This document shows, piece after piece, positions 9,994 through 20,704 of a stretch of 64,000 nucleotides of DNA. The notes under the pieces are model-generated. The model saw only the letters and a list, made by a program, of their open reading frames with translations. It was not told the origin of the DNA and did no database searches. Origin of the DNA: Bacteroidota bacterium (GTDB lineage: Bacteria > Bacteroidota > Bacteroidia > Flavobacteriales > Flavobacteriaceae). The stretch covers positions 20,571 through 84,570 of the forward strand of contig JBCDBE010000002.1 in NCBI GenBank assembly GCA_039184365.1, read 5' to 3'. Each line of letters starts with the position of its first letter. The stretch's first letter is position 1. Both the position numbers and the translations under genes were made by a program.

Positions 9994-11361
9994 TTAATAA
10001 TGGCACTTACCGCATTCCAGTCCTCCCATCTGAGCTGCCGTGAGCTTCTCAACACCGTATTTTTTCGAAAGTTCTTCGTGAATTTTTTCGTAATACCCAT
10101 TATCCTTTATTTGCACCTCGGTCTCTCTATGACAGTTGATGCACCATCCCATGGTCAACGGCGAGTATTGGTACATAATTTCCATTTCCTCAACAGGACC
10201 ATGGCACGTTTGACATTCAATCTTACCGGCAGTAACGTGTTGCGAATGGTTGAAATAGGCAAAATCCGGAAGGTTGTGTATCCTCACCCATTCCACGGGC
10301 TGTGAGTCCCCAGTATATCTTTGGTTTTCCTCATCCCATCCAACAGCCTTGTATAATTTTTTGATTTCGTTCGTGTAGAATTCGTTGGTATATCCATTGG
10401 CCAGGTCCTCAGCACTTGGGCCTTCTGGATTCCCCTTATATTCATAAATGGATTTGTGGCAGTTCATACAGACGTTCAACGATGGGATTCCAGAATGTTT
10501 GGAAACCCTGGCCGAAGAATGACAATATTTACATTCAATTTGATTGTCCCCTGCATGTATTTTGTGTGAATAGTGGATGGGTTGAATGGGAGCATAACCT
10601 TGGTCAACACCCACTTGTGACATCCACGCATAGGCTCCGTAAGCGCTGGATAACAGAAATACCACCACGGTGCAGAAAATAAGGAATTGGTTTTTAGCAA
10701 ATGCTTTCCAGACAGGAATTCCTTTGGGCTTTTGTTCGATAACCACACCATTCGCAGCAGCGATACGACGCAAGGTGCTGTTTACCATGAACAGCATTAC
10801 CACCAAAAGCCCAAAAATAACCGTAAGGGCACCTAAAATAATTTCATTGGAAATGCCACCCGAACCGGAACCAGAAGTCTCCTCGGGCGAAACTGTGGCC
10901 ACAACAGCAGGAGCAGGAGGCGGTGCGGCCGTATACGCCAGTATATCGTCAATATCCTCATTTGACAAAGTAGGGAAAGCGGTCATCGCCGCCTGATTGT
11001 ATTCGTTGTAAATACGATTGGCGTAGTCATCCCCAGAAGCAATGAGACCGGCACTATTCTTTATCCAAGCATAAAGCCATTCCTTATCCAGCCCCTCCTC
11101 ATCATATAATCGTTGTTCAACGTTTGCCAGGGCAGGCCCTGTCATTTTACGATTCAACGCATGGCAGGCCGCACAGTTTTGGTTAAAAAGCTGTTTTCCC
11201 TTTACAGGATCCCCGCCCAAGTCTTCAGTAGCTGTTTCAGCAGCATCTTCGGCCGGGGCCTCTTGCGAGAAAGAATGGGCAGAAAAGAAAAAAGAAATCA
11301 GCAATAAAAACAAGCTGAAATCTTTTGAGGTGCAAACTTTGTTAAAAGTCCTTTTCGTCAT
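9994..11361 (-). CDS. actA: alternative complex III multiheme cytochrome c ActA
   Basis: Six CxxCH motifs (CAACH, CKYCH, CMNCH, CQTCH, CINCH, CGKCH): an N-terminal monoheme domain plus a pentaheme domain. Start uncertain (ATG 11361 vs GTG 11406). Confidence 0.93.
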   Translation of the reverse strand: MTKRTFNKVCTSKDFSLFLLLISFFFSAHSFSQEAPAEDAAETATEDLGGDPVKGKQLFNQNCAACHALNRKMTGPALANVEQRLYDEEGLDKEWLYAWIKNSAGLIASGDDYANRIYNEYNQAAMTAFPTLSNEDIDDILAYTAAPPPAPAVVATVSPEETSGSGSGGISNEIILGALTVIFGLLVVMLFMVNSTLRRIAAANGVVIEQKPKGIPVWKAFAKNQFLIFCTVVVFLLSSAYGAYAWMSQVGVDQGYAPIQPIHYSHKIHAGDNQIECKYCHSSARVSKHSGIPSLNVCMNCHKSIYEYKGNPEGPSAEDLANGYTNEFYTNEIKKLYKAVGWDEENQRYTGDSQPVEWVRIHNLPDFAYFNHSQHVTAGKIECQTCHGPVEEMEIMYQYSPLTMGWCINCHRETEVQIKDNGYYEKIHEELSKKYGVEKLTAAQMGGLECGKCHY

Positions 11362-11443
11362 AAAACGCTTACTGTCAAAATTGTGGTACAACTTTCGATA
11401 ATACACTTAAAAAACTGCTTTTTATCGTACCTAAATTCCACGG

Positions 11444-11451
11444 CAAAAATA
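11444..11451 (-). promoter_or_regulatory. Bacteroidetes sigma-A -7 element for the act-cta operon
   Basis: TATTTTTG on the minus strand matches TAnnTTTG, upstream of actA. Confidence 0.6.
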
Positions 11452-11495
11452 CGACACAACAGGCTTTTTTAAAATTTTAAAATATTTTAAATGGA

Positions 11496-11518
11496 TAATT
11501 TATAACTGTTCTAAATAA
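11496..11518. promoter_or_regulatory. imperfect palindromic operator in the actA/SPOR divergent region
   Basis: ATTTATAAC-T-GTTCTAAAT dyad with one mismatch. Confidence 0.4.
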
Positions 11519-11591
11519 TTAAATTTGGGAATGTTTAACTTTTAAAAAATTAGCTTTGTTGCAGAAAATTTTTGAAGAATATCTTGGACAG

Positions 11592-11963
11592 ATGAGAACT
11601 TTTGTTTTTTCCTCAGTGTTGCTGTTATCCGCAGTTTGCACTAACGCTCAAGAAGGTGTTGTGACCATTGAACAAAACCCCAAAATACCTCAGTTGGTTA
11701 AAGTATATAACAAAGTAAATTCCAACAGGGGTTTCTATCAGATACAAGTAGGTTTTGGAAGCTATGAAAAGGCGCAAAATTTAAAGTCACAAGTTGAGAT
11801 TGACTTCCCAGGATGGTATTCCAAAATCGAGTTCCAAGAACCCACGTACCGAGTGCGATTGGGAAAATTTGAAGACCCTCTGGAAGCCGAACGCCGCTTT
11901 AGGGAAGTACGCAAAAAATATCCCAGCGCCATGTTATTAAAACCTGGAAGTGATTCACGATGA
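11592..11963 (+). CDS. SPOR-domain exported protein
   Basis: Signal peptide ending TNA-Q, plus FYQIQV and YRVRLGKF SPOR motifs. Start set at ATG 11592. Confidence 0.85.
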   Translation: MRTFVFSSVLLLSAVCTNAQEGVVTIEQNPKIPQLVKVYNKVNSNRGFYQIQVGFGSYEKAQNLKSQVEIDFPGWYSKIEFQEPTYRVRLGKFEDPLEAERRFREVRKKYPSAMLLKPGSDSR

Positions 11964-11976
11964 AAGGGTTACCTTT

Positions 11977-14637
11977 CTATAATTTTTTCTTAACCGCCAC
12001 CTCTTGGAAGGCTTCAATTAAATCCCCAACCCTGATATCATTGTAATTTTTTACCTGAAGACCGCAGTCATATCCTTTGGAGACTTCCTTAACATCATCC
12101 TTAAATCGTTTTAGGGAAGCCAGCTCACCAGTAAATACAACCACGCCATCCCGAATCAATCGAACTCGGGAATTTCTAAATATTTTGCCGCTGGTTACCA
12201 TACAACCCGCAATGGTTCCAATCTTTGATATTTTGAAGGTCTCCCTAATTTCCGCATTACCGGTGACCTCTTCCTTCATTTCTGGGGAAAGCATACCTTC
12301 CATGGCATCTTTCAGGTCATTGATGGCATCATAGATAATGGAATAGGTCCTAATATCTATTTCCTCCTTATCAGCAACGGATCTAGCATTGCCCATTGGC
12401 CTTACGTTAAATCCAATGATAATGGCGTCTGAGGCACTGGCCAACAAAACATCGGATTCTGTGATGGCACCTACACCTTTATGTATGATGTTGACCTGAA
12501 TCTCGTCCGTGGATAATTTCTGGAAGGAATCGGTCAGGGCCTCAACTGAACCATCAACATCACCTTTTAGGATAATGTTCAATTCCTTAAAGTCCCCTAG
12601 GGCGATTCTTCGACCAATCTCGTCAAGCGTAATATGGCGTTGTGTCCTAACGGATTGCTCACGCTGCAATTGTGAACGCTTGGTAGCGATTTGTTTGGCC
12701 TCACGCTCATCCTCCAATACGTTGAACTTATCCCCAGCCTGAGGTGCGCCATCAAGACCTAAAATGGAAATAGGAGTAGCCGGCCCTGCATTTTTTATAT
12801 TTTTACCGCGCTCATCCTGCATCGCTTTTACCTTACCACTGCATGTCCCTGCCAAAACATAGTCCCCAACTTGCAACGTACCATTTTGGACCAGTATGGT
12901 GGACACATAACCACGTCCCTTATCCAAAAATGCTTCCACTACGGTACCTGATGCGAGTCGTTCCGGATTGGCTTTTAGTTCCAATAATTCAGCCTCGAGC
13001 AAAACCTTTTCCAGCAGCTCTTTTACCCCTTGTCCGGTTTTTGCAGAAATATCATGGGACTGTATTTTACCTCCCCAGTCCTCTACCAAAAGGTTCATTC
13101 CTGCCAGTCCCTCTTTAATTTTATCCGGATTTGCCGTTGGCTTATCAATCTTATTGATGGCAAACACTATAGGCACACTTGCTGCTTGGGCGTGACTGAT
13201 GGCTTCCTTGGTTTGGGGCATAATATCATCATCGGCCGCCACTACAATAATGGCGATGTCCGTAACTTGGGCACCCCTGGCACGCATTGCGGTGAACGCC
13301 TCATGACCCGGTGTATCCAAGAAGGTCATTTTTTGTCCTGATTCCAAAGTGACCCCATAAGCGCCTATGTGCTGGGTAATTCCCCCACTTTCACCTGCAA
13401 TTACATTTTCTTCGCGGATGTAATCCAATAAGGAGGTTTTACCATGGTCTACGTGGCCCATTACCGTAACGATAGGGGCCCTATGTTCCAAATCTTCTGG
13501 AGCGTCCACTTCCACTTCAATGGACTCCTCAATTTCAGCCGTAACAAACTCAACTTCATAGCCAAATTCTTCCGCAACAATACTTAAGGTCTCGGCATCC
13601 AAACGTTGATTTAATGTCACCATCATCCCAAGGGACATACAGGCGGAAATAATATCCGTAGTGGAGATATCCATCATGGTGGCCACCTCATTTACGGTAA
13701 CGAACTCGGTGACTTTGAGCAGCTTGCTTTCTTTTTCCTGTAGTTCAAGCTCTTTTTCGGATTGTTGTCGGTGAAGATCTCTTTTCTCCCTTCTATATTT
13801 GGCACCCTTGCCTTTACTTGTTTTTCCCTGAAGTTTTTCCAAGGTCTCCCTGACCTGCTTCTGGATTTCTTCCTCAGTAGGCTCCACTTTGGCCACTGCC
13901 TGTCGCTGTCCTCCTTTTCTTTGCCCGTTTCGCCCTCGGTTATTCCCTGCTCCTGAAGTATCATTTTTACTGATGATCCGCTTTCTTCTTTTCTTTCGGT
14001 CAGATGAAGCTCCTGGAGTGTCCGCTTTGGGTTCTTCTTTTTTCTTTTTAGGCCTTTGAAACTTACTTAGGTCGATCTTATCCCCAGTAAGTTTTGGCCC
14101 AGAAAGCTTTTGATACTGGGTTTCGATAGCTTCCGGTTCTTTTACCTCTTCAACCACAGGTTTTTCCGTTACGGGCCTTTCCTTTACTTTTTGGTCCACC
14201 ACCTCATCGGATTTGGACTCCTCCTTCTGGACTACAACCACTTCTTTTGGTTTCGGAGGCTCCGGTTTTTTGTCCAAATCGATTTTGCCAACGGTTTTAG
14301 GTCCGGAAAGCTCTGCCTTTCCGCGAATAACCTTTTCGGAAGCGGCTTGTCTCCGTTCCCGTGCTATCCTGCGCTCTTCCTGCTCACGCTCCATCTGAAG
14401 GCGAAGCTCTTCCTTCTCCTTCATTTTCTCTTCGGCCACTTCTTGGGAAGCCGCTTTTTTACTGGCATCAGTTTGGAATTCGTCCAACAATACCTGATAG
14501 ACCTCATTGGTTATTTTGGTCGTGGGACGTGCTTCAATCTCGTGGCCTTTGGAAGCCAAATGATCCACAGCCCTATCCAATGAAATGTTTAATTCACGTA
14601 GAACCTTGTTTAATCGTATTGTTGGGTTGTCTGCCAT
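11977..14637 (-). CDS. infB: translation initiation factor IF-2
   Basis: [13 protein letters not shown] and NKID GTPase motifs, downstream of nusA. Confidence 0.99.
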   Translation of the reverse strand: MADNPTIRLNKVLRELNISLDRAVDHLASKGHEIEARPTTKITNEVYQVLLDEFQTDASKKAASQEVAEEKMKEKEELRLQMEREQEERRIARERRQAASEKVIRGKAELSGPKTVGKIDLDKKPEPPKPKEVVVVQKEESKSDEVVDQKVKERPVTEKPVVEEVKEPEAIETQYQKLSGPKLTGDKIDLSKFQRPKKKKEEPKADTPGASSDRKKRRKRIISKNDTSGAGNNRGRNGQRKGGQRQAVAKVEPTEEEIQKQVRETLEKLQGKTSKGKGAKYRREKRDLHRQQSEKELELQEKESKLLKVTEFVTVNEVATMMDISTTDIISACMSLGMMVTLNQRLDAETLSIVAEEFGYEVEFVTAEIEESIEVEVDAPEDLEHRAPIVTVMGHVDHGKTSLLDYIREENVIAGESGGITQHIGAYGVTLESGQKMTFLDTPGHEAFTAMRARGAQVTDIAIIVVAADDDIMPQTKEAISHAQAASVPIVFAINKIDKPTANPDKIKEGLAGMNLLVEDWGGKIQSHDISAKTGQGVKELLEKVLLEAELLELKANPERLASGTVVEAFLDKGRGYVSTILVQNGTLQVGDYVLAGTCSGKVKAMQDERGKNIKNAGPATPISILGLDGAPQAGDKFNVLEDEREAKQIATKRSQLQREQSVRTQRHITLDEIGRRIALGDFKELNIILKGDVDGSVEALTDSFQKLSTDEIQVNIIHKGVGAITESDVLLASASDAIIIGFNVRPMGNARSVADKEEIDIRTYSIIYDAINDLKDAMEGMLSPEMKEEVTGNAEIRETFKISKIGTIAGCMVTSGKIFRNSRVRLIRDGVVVFTGELASLKRFKDDVKEVSKGYDCGLQVKNYNDIRVGDLIEAFQEVAVKKKL

Positions 14638-14677
14638 AAAAATCTAATACTCCCTGTAAATTGTGTGCAAATATAAT

Positions 14678-15910
14678 TTAATCTTCAAACTCGGCTTTAA
14701 GGATCCGTACGACCTCGTTCACCGTTTCTTCCTCTAAATCCGTACGCTTGATCAAATCGTCCACGTCTTGTTCCAAAACACTGCGTGCCGTATCCAATCC
14801 AATTTTCTTAAATTCTTCGATGATCCAGGAATCGATTTCATCGGAGAACTCTGTCAATTCTACATCTTCTTCCACCCCTTCACGGAATACATCTATCTCA
14901 TAACCGGTCAATTGACCAGCCAAACGTATGTTATGACCTCCCCTACCTATGGCCTTGGAAACTTCCTCTGGTTTTAGGTATACCTGGGCCGTTTTTTTCT
15001 CATCATCCAATTTCACTGAAGTGACCCTTGCTGGGCTTAAGGCCCTAGTCACCATCAATTGGGTATTGTTGGTCCAATTGATAACATCGATATTTTCATT
15101 GCCCAATTCACGAACAATACCATGGATTCGGGAACCCTTCATCCCAACACAGGCCCCAACAGGATCAATTCTATCGTCATAGGAATCAACCGCTACTTTA
15201 GCCTTTTCCCCAGGAATTCGGACCGCTTTCTTAATGGAAATCAACCCATCAAAGACTTCCGGGATTTCCTGGAAAAACAGCTGCTCCAAGAACTTTGGCG
15301 ATGTCCTTGACATGATGATGGCAGGCTTGTTCCCTTTGAGTTCCACACTTTCAATAATACCACGCACATTATCCCCTTTTCTAAAGAAATCCGAAGGAAT
15401 CTGCTTATCCTTGGGCATGATAATTTCATTGCCCTCATCATCCAGAAGTATAATGGCCTTATGCCGAATATGGTGTACTTCAGCCGTATAAATCTCCCCC
15501 TCTAAATCCTTGAATTGTTTATAGATGGTTGTATTGTCATGTTCATGGATTTTGGCAATCAAATTTTGACGCAGCGCCAAAATGGAACGCCTACCCAAAT
15601 CCATCAATTTTACTTCCTCGGATACATCTTCCCCTACCTCAAAATCAGGCTCAATCTTACGTGCTTCCCTTAGGGAAATCTCTTCGTTGGGATCTTCCAC
15701 CTCTCCATCTTCCACAACAATGCGGTTTCTCCAAATCTCCAAATCCCCTTTATCGGGGTTGATAATGATATCGAAGTTGTCATCAGAGCCAAACTTCTTT
15801 TTTAGGGCATTGCGAAAGACTTCTTCCAAAATTGCCATTAACGTTACCCTATCAATAAACTTATCATCCTTAAATTCCGAAAAGGATTCAATAAGCGCCA
15901 GATTTTCCAT
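14678..15910 (-). CDS. nusA: transcription termination/antitermination factor NusA
   Basis: S1/KH domains, IDPVGACVGMKGSRI and AIGRGGHNIRLA. Confidence 0.99.
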   Translation of the reverse strand: MENLALIESFSEFKDDKFIDRVTLMAILEEVFRNALKKKFGSDDNFDIIINPDKGDLEIWRNRIVVEDGEVEDPNEEISLREARKIEPDFEVGEDVSEEVKLMDLGRRSILALRQNLIAKIHEHDNTTIYKQFKDLEGEIYTAEVHHIRHKAIILLDDEGNEIIMPKDKQIPSDFFRKGDNVRGIIESVELKGNKPAIIMSRTSPKFLEQLFFQEIPEVFDGLISIKKAVRIPGEKAKVAVDSYDDRIDPVGACVGMKGSRIHGIVRELGNENIDVINWTNNTQLMVTRALSPARVTSVKLDDEKKTAQVYLKPEEVSKAIGRGGHNIRLAGQLTGYEIDVFREGVEEDVELTEFSDEIDSWIIEEFKKIGLDTARSVLEQDVDDLIKRTDLEEETVNEVVRILKAEFED

Positions 15911-15923
15911 TGTTATGCTGCCA

Positions 15924-16385
15924 TTAAAATTTTAATACCACTTTGGCCTTTTCAATTGCGGAAAAGGCAACTTCCTGTTTTTTTTGAACCGTATGCTTTC
16001 CCTTACCAACCGGTTTGGGCTCTCTTACTTTCCATTCCAAGATAATCCCTTCATCGGTTACCTGGGTTAATTTACCTTCAATCTTTTGGTCATCGGTGAC
16101 TACCTCTAAACTTCGACCAATATTTTTTCTGTACTGCCTTGGAAGGATCAATGGAGCACTAGCCCCTGCTGAAGTGACTTCCAATGAGAAATCCTCTTCG
16201 TCCCTATCCAGGTTATGCTCAATAGCACGACTTATTTCCATACAATCGTTCAACGAAATACCCTTGTCCCCATCCAACACCACTTTAATGCTGTAATCAA
16301 CCCCGACGGTTACATCCAACAGGAACAAATCCAATCTCTTGGATAGGGCCCTGTTCAACAGTTCTTCCACTTTTTCTTTGAACAT
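15924..16385 (-). CDS. rimP: ribosome maturation factor RimP
   Basis: DCMEISR and FSLEVTSAG motifs, first gene of the rimP-nusA-infB operon. Start set at ATG 16385. Confidence 0.96.
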   Translation of the reverse strand: MFKEKVEELLNRALSKRLDLFLLDVTVGVDYSIKVVLDGDKGISLNDCMEISRAIEHNLDRDEEDFSLEVTSAGASAPLILPRQYRKNIGRSLEVVTDDQKIEGKLTQVTDEGIILEWKVREPKPVGKGKHTVQKKQEVAFSAIEKAKVVLKF

Positions 16386-16402
16386 AAATTTGAGCAATAA
16401 AA

Positions 16403-16423
16403 GAGGGGACTTGTAGTCCCCTC
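16403..16423 (-). promoter_or_regulatory. rimP leader hairpin
   Basis: Perfect 9-bp stem GAGGGGACT-aca-AGTCCCCTC followed by TTTT, just upstream of the rimP start. Confidence 0.7.
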
Positions 16424-16453
16424 ATGAATACTCCGTATTTCACTTGCGTGGTG

Positions 16454-16483
16454 CAAATATAGGATATTTCTCTGGTTTGCAAA
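16454..16483 (-). promoter_or_regulatory. sigma-A promoter of the rimP operon
   Basis: -7 TATATTTG (16454-16461) and -33 TTTG (16480-16483). Confidence 0.65.
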
Positions 16484-16573
16484 ATTTCACGACTTGGTTA
16501 AGTTAACCGCTTAAGTTCTATCTTCTTAGGAATTTGAATATTCACTATTTTTAGAACAAACTAAATCATTAAC

Positions 16574-17212
16574 ATGAAAATATTTCATATCCTTTTTGGG
16601 CTTATAGTACTTCCTCTATTTTGCGGGTGCTCTTCGTATTTGACTGGCTATGAAAATGTGAGCAATATCAAAAATACATATGAGAAAATTTTGGTAATTG
16701 GCCGTTCAAAGAGCAAGACGGCCAGAATCAAGTTTGAAAACGGCGTGGTCGATGAACTCAAGGAGAGTGGAATTTCTGCCGTGGCTTCACATGCCGCGAA
16801 AACAATAATTGATTTTAACAAGAAATACTCCGAAAGTGAATTAGGAGCCTTAAAGAAAAAACTAATGACTAATGGAATTGATGGTGTCATTGTGACCAAT
16901 TTAATCAACACTGAGGAGTATACGGACGTTATACCTGGTGGAACTTCAACCACCTATGTGCCGACACGAATAGGACGTTTTGGAAGGTACCTTACGTATT
17001 ACCCTGTTACCACTTGGGAACCAAACGAATTGAAAAGCGGGACCAAATACATTTTTGAAAGTAGTCTTTATCATTTGGTTGAAAGTTCTGGGGAAGATCT
17101 GCAATGGGTTGGGAATTTTGAGATTAAAGACCCTACAAGTTTGGAAAATACAGTTAACAATTACGCCAAGAATTTGACCAAAGCACTGATAAAGGGCAGC
17201 ATTTCCAACTAG
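16574..17212 (+). CDS. hypothetical lipoprotein (DUF4136-like)
   Basis: Hydrophobic signal ending FCGC, with GIDGVIV, ESSLY and LQWVG segments typical of these lipoproteins. Confidence 0.7.
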   Translation: MKIFHILFGLIVLPLFCGCSSYLTGYENVSNIKNTYEKILVIGRSKSKTARIKFENGVVDELKESGISAVASHAAKTIIDFNKKYSESELGALKKKLMTNGIDGVIVTNLINTEEYTDVIPGGTSTTYVPTRIGRFGRYLTYYPVTTWEPNELKSGTKYIFESSLYHLVESSGEDLQWVGNFEIKDPTSLENTVNNYAKNLTKALIKGSISN

Positions 17213-17262
17213 GTATTAGGAACGGATTAGATGACGGAATACATTTTTGGCTACCCCACAAA

Positions 17263-18882
17263 ATGAAGCATCAAAGAGGAAAATCAATTGTGTTCATAGT
17301 GCTATTTGCAGGCCTCCTCCTTTGCTCTTTTGTTCTAAAACAATCAGAACGAATAATATTAGCGGCTTTTGAAAGTAAAATAGTATTGATCAACAATACT
17401 TCCCCTTTCCAAATAAGCTACAAGGGAATTGACATCTCTATTTTGAGGCAATCCTTCCAGTTAAAACAAGTACTCATCTTACCAGATTCCCTTTCCAATA
17501 GTGACAAAAGAGCCCAACCCCACATATCCATAAATTCCGTAGTGGCCAATGATTTTGAACTAATCCCATTGCTTTTTAATCGGCACCTTAAAATTGGCCA
17601 AATCAACTTTAGAGATTTGGATATGGTCTACAGAAAAAGAAAAAATGGGAATCAAACACAAAGAACGTCTTTCGATGCTACCAAGGTAAAAAAGAATCGC
17701 TTAAAGGAGTTGACCATTGAAAACATTTTTGTAAATCATTACAACATCGCACACCTAGGTACCAATCTATTGGATTCTACAGCAATAATCACCGGTGAAA
17801 TCCTGTTGATTGGAAATGTAACCTTAAAAAGAACCCCAGGAAAAGAGCAACTCGCTTTGCATCCTTCGCTTCTTAATTTGAGCGGCTCAAATCTCACGGG
17901 TAAATTTGCCGACACTGAGCTAAAGCTCTCAAATTTCAAATTTGACTCCAAGAGCACGCATGCTCTTCTTGAAGGCCTCCAAATGGGAAATCCTGACTCA
18001 TCTTGGGAAAAGGCAAGAAGACAGAAGTATAATATACCTGTAAATAGTTTGCGAATTATGGCAATGGAGTGTTTTGGAATTCAAACCGATAGTTTATTTC
18101 AACGAAGGTATTTTAGGGCAGACAGCATCCTTGTTGACCGTGCACAGTTTACCATAGTCAAGAATATTGAAAAACCCTGGAACACAAGTAAGACCATACC
18201 ATTACCCCACCAATTACTACGAAGTAAAGGGCAGCATATTAGCATCCAAAAAATACGCATTGAGGATGCCAAAACGCGGTACATTGAAATTACACATAAC
18301 GATGAAATTGAAATTCCGATCGATCAATTGCAGCTCAGCATTGAAAACTTAGGCCAAGAGCTTAGAACTTTAAAAGGGCAACAGGTAAAACCTATGGAAA
18401 TCAATATGCAAGGACGACTCTTCAATGATTTTCCAATTAATATGAGCTTAACCTTTCAAAACCCGCTACAAAACAATCAATTTTCTTTTGAAGGCTCCAC
18501 GGGACCCTTCTACTTTGAATCCTTTAACCCGGTTATGGTACCCACCTCCAATATAAAATTTGAATCGGGCCATGTTCGCAGTATCAACTTTAATGGAACC
18601 GGAAACGCAGAAAAAACCTCTGGGGAGCTTGTAATGCTTTATGAAAATCTGTCCGCTACGGTACTAAAGCAGAACGGTCAAAAGAAGAATACAACCTTTT
18701 CGTGGTTGGCCAATGCCGCCGTTCGCAAAGAAAATCCTAAAAACGGAAGGCTTAAAGTTGCAAAAATGGGCTATGGGCGTATACCATACAAAGGCTTTGG
18801 CAATTATATGTTTAAAACTATAGAGTCCGGACTTATCAACTCGGTTTATCCTTTTGGAAAAAGAAAGGAATACAAAAGATAG
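17263..18882 (+). CDS. N-terminally anchored beta-rich hypothetical protein (AsmA/DUF748-like)
   Basis: 539-aa ORF with one N-terminal TM segment, beta-strand-rich body and a C-terminal KGFGNYMFKTIESGL segment. Confidence 0.6.
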   Translation: MKHQRGKSIVFIVLFAGLLLCSFVLKQSERIILAAFESKIVLINNTSPFQISYKGIDISILRQSFQLKQVLILPDSLSNSDKRAQPHISINSVVANDFELIPLLFNRHLKIGQINFRDLDMVYRKRKNGNQTQRTSFDATKVKKNRLKELTIENIFVNHYNIAHLGTNLLDSTAIITGEILLIGNVTLKRTPGKEQLALHPSLLNLSGSNLTGKFADTELKLSNFKFDSKSTHALLEGLQMGNPDSSWEKARRQKYNIPVNSLRIMAMECFGIQTDSLFQRRYFRADSILVDRAQFTIVKNIEKPWNTSKTIPLPHQLLRSKGQHISIQKIRIEDAKTRYIEITHNDEIEIPIDQLQLSIENLGQELRTLKGQQVKPMEINMQGRLFNDFPINMSLTFQNPLQNNQFSFEGSTGPFYFESFNPVMVPTSNIKFESGHVRSINFNGTGNAEKTSGELVMLYENLSATVLKQNGQKKNTTFSWLANAAVRKENPKNGRLKVAKMGYGRIPYKGFGNYMFKTIESGLINSVYPFGKRKEYKR

Positions 18883-19042
18883 CGCCATATGGTATGGTTG
18901 TTTTATTATTTGCTGCTAAAAACAACCGAACTAAAACAAGTTCGCGAAGAGGTAAACATTTTGTAACAAAACCAATATTGAATAAAGTATCCAAACAATT
19001 TTTAATAGAACAAGTCAAAATTGTTACCGTTTAAATCTGAAA

Positions 19043-19624
19043 TCAACTATATATATTTGAAATCTTTACCTTTTTGGGTTCCAAGAAATTTTTTCCGTAG
19101 TCTGTAAAGTAGCTATGGGTTTGTAAGAATTTATTATTGTTTGCTATCCAGTCTTCATCTGTATATTTTAATCCAAGTTCCAATTCCCATTCGGACCTAA
19201 GCATCTCCCGATATATGGGATAGCTCTCAAAAGATAAATGGACAAGGTCTGCATCACATACGACCTGCTCTAAAATATTTTTTGGATCCTGAGGTATTTT
19301 TGTTGCACCGATACAACCCAAAATAGTGGTAATTCTGTCTTTGGGATAATTTTGTTCTATCAACCATTCGTTTGCTAAACGCTTACTTGCCTCTTCATGG
19401 CCACTATAACATTCTATATGTCCCAAATCGTGGAAGACTGCAGCAAGCAAAACCATTTCTAGTTCCTCTTCGGTCAAATTCTCAGCCCTGCCAATTCTAC
19501 CAGCACCCTCCAATACCGTTAAGGTGTGATGTAAGTTGTGAAACACCCTGTTTTTGGGTTGTTCAGCTATTATTCGCTGCGCTACAACAACGGCAGCACG
19601 CAATACGATGTTTGGATTGCTCAT
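19043..19624 (-). CDS. stand-alone HD-domain metal-dependent phosphohydrolase
   Basis: FHNLHHT, FHDLGH, GHEEAS and CDADL motifs. Confidence 0.88.
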   Translation of the reverse strand: MSNPNIVLRAAVVVAQRIIAEQPKNRVFHNLHHTLTVLEGAGRIGRAENLTEEELEMVLLAAVFHDLGHIECYSGHEEASKRLANEWLIEQNYPKDRITTILGCIGATKIPQDPKNILEQVVCDADLVHLSFESYPIYREMLRSEWELELGLKYTDEDWIANNNKFLQTHSYFTDYGKNFLEPKKVKISNIYS

Positions 19625-19685
19625 TTTCGCAATTTTTATATATTCAAAATTTTAGTTTGTTCTTATTTAACTCTCCCAAATGGGA

Positions 19686-20693
19686 TTACCACTCCCACCC
19701 TATTCCACTTCGTATAACATAGTCCGTTTCACTCGCATTTGGAGCGGGTTGATTATCATAATTTAAAGAAACTCCCAATCGAACAAAAAAGTCCAATGGT
19801 AAATCATATTTCGTATCAAAATTCAGATCAGCACGATATCTACCCGATTCCGTGAGCCCTGAGTATCCGAGAAACCCAAGATTCAGCTCCAAATCGCCCG
19901 TGTCGTAAAGATTGAGTTCAGTACCAAAAAATAATTCCATAGTATTTCTATTGGAGGATTCGGACGAAAAACGTTCCGTATTGTTATTGATTCCCGTTTT
20001 TAATCCCCAATACGCCCTATTCGTATTGAAGATAAACTTTCCAAATCCAACCTGCGTATTTGCCCTAATATCAATCGATTGCTCCGTATTGGAAAGGGTA
20101 GCGATGGTACCAATTAAGTACCAGCTTTTCCACAATACCTTGCGATAGTTCAATAAGCCATCTGTTCGGCGTATGACTTCTGCGTTATTTTGGGTCGATC
20201 TAAGAATACCGTAGGAAATATCAATAGACCATTTTTCGTCATGATACCCGGCATCGGTACGAAATGAAAGCTGTCGCAAATCCTGGGCCTTAGTTAGATT
20301 AAACCCAAGCTCCACCAGGGCATTGAACCGATTTGCAAATCCATCGTTTGCTTGTTCTAAGTAGACTACTTCATTAACAGGAATTATGGCCAAAGTGGTA
20401 TCAGCATCAAATACTTTTATTTTTTTCCCCGAAACCGTACTAACCTTTCCATGGTATATGGCATCATTGACACTAACGTTGAATTTGGATTCGGTGAGGA
20501 TTTTTTCAATCTCCAACCATTTAATTTTAAAATTTTCATCACCGGAGGGCACATCAATTTCCAGCACCCCTTTGAACATGTTCTTTACTTCACCAATTAA
20601 TCTGTTACCCCCTTGAAACACTATGGTATCTGATTGACCATTTAATTGGAGGTGGACCATTAATACGATTAAGAGAACACAAATCAGTTTCAC
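19686..20693 (-). CDS. DUF481-type outer-membrane beta-barrel protein
   Basis: Signal peptide, N-terminal DTIVFQGGNRLIGEV domain, amphipathic strands, C-terminal GIGWEW. Confidence 0.75.
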   Translation of the reverse strand: MKLICVLLIVLMVHLQLNGQSDTIVFQGGNRLIGEVKNMFKGVLEIDVPSGDENFKIKWLEIEKILTESKFNVSVNDAIYHGKVSTVSGKKIKVFDADTTLAIIPVNEVVYLEQANDGFANRFNALVELGFNLTKAQDLRQLSFRTDAGYHDEKWSIDISYGILRSTQNNAEVIRRTDGLLNYRKVLWKSWYLIGTIATLSNTEQSIDIRANTQVGFGKFIFNTNRAYWGLKTGINNNTERFSSESSNRNTMELFFGTELNLYDTGDLELNLGFLGYSGLTESGRYRADLNFDTKYDLPLDFFVRLGVSLNYDNQPAPNASETDYVIRSGIGWEW

Positions 20694-20704
20694 AAAACCA
20701 AATA

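Noticed and set aside
18883-19042. Short open frames between the AsmA-like and HD genes
   Set aside because: No convincing start, motif or similarity.
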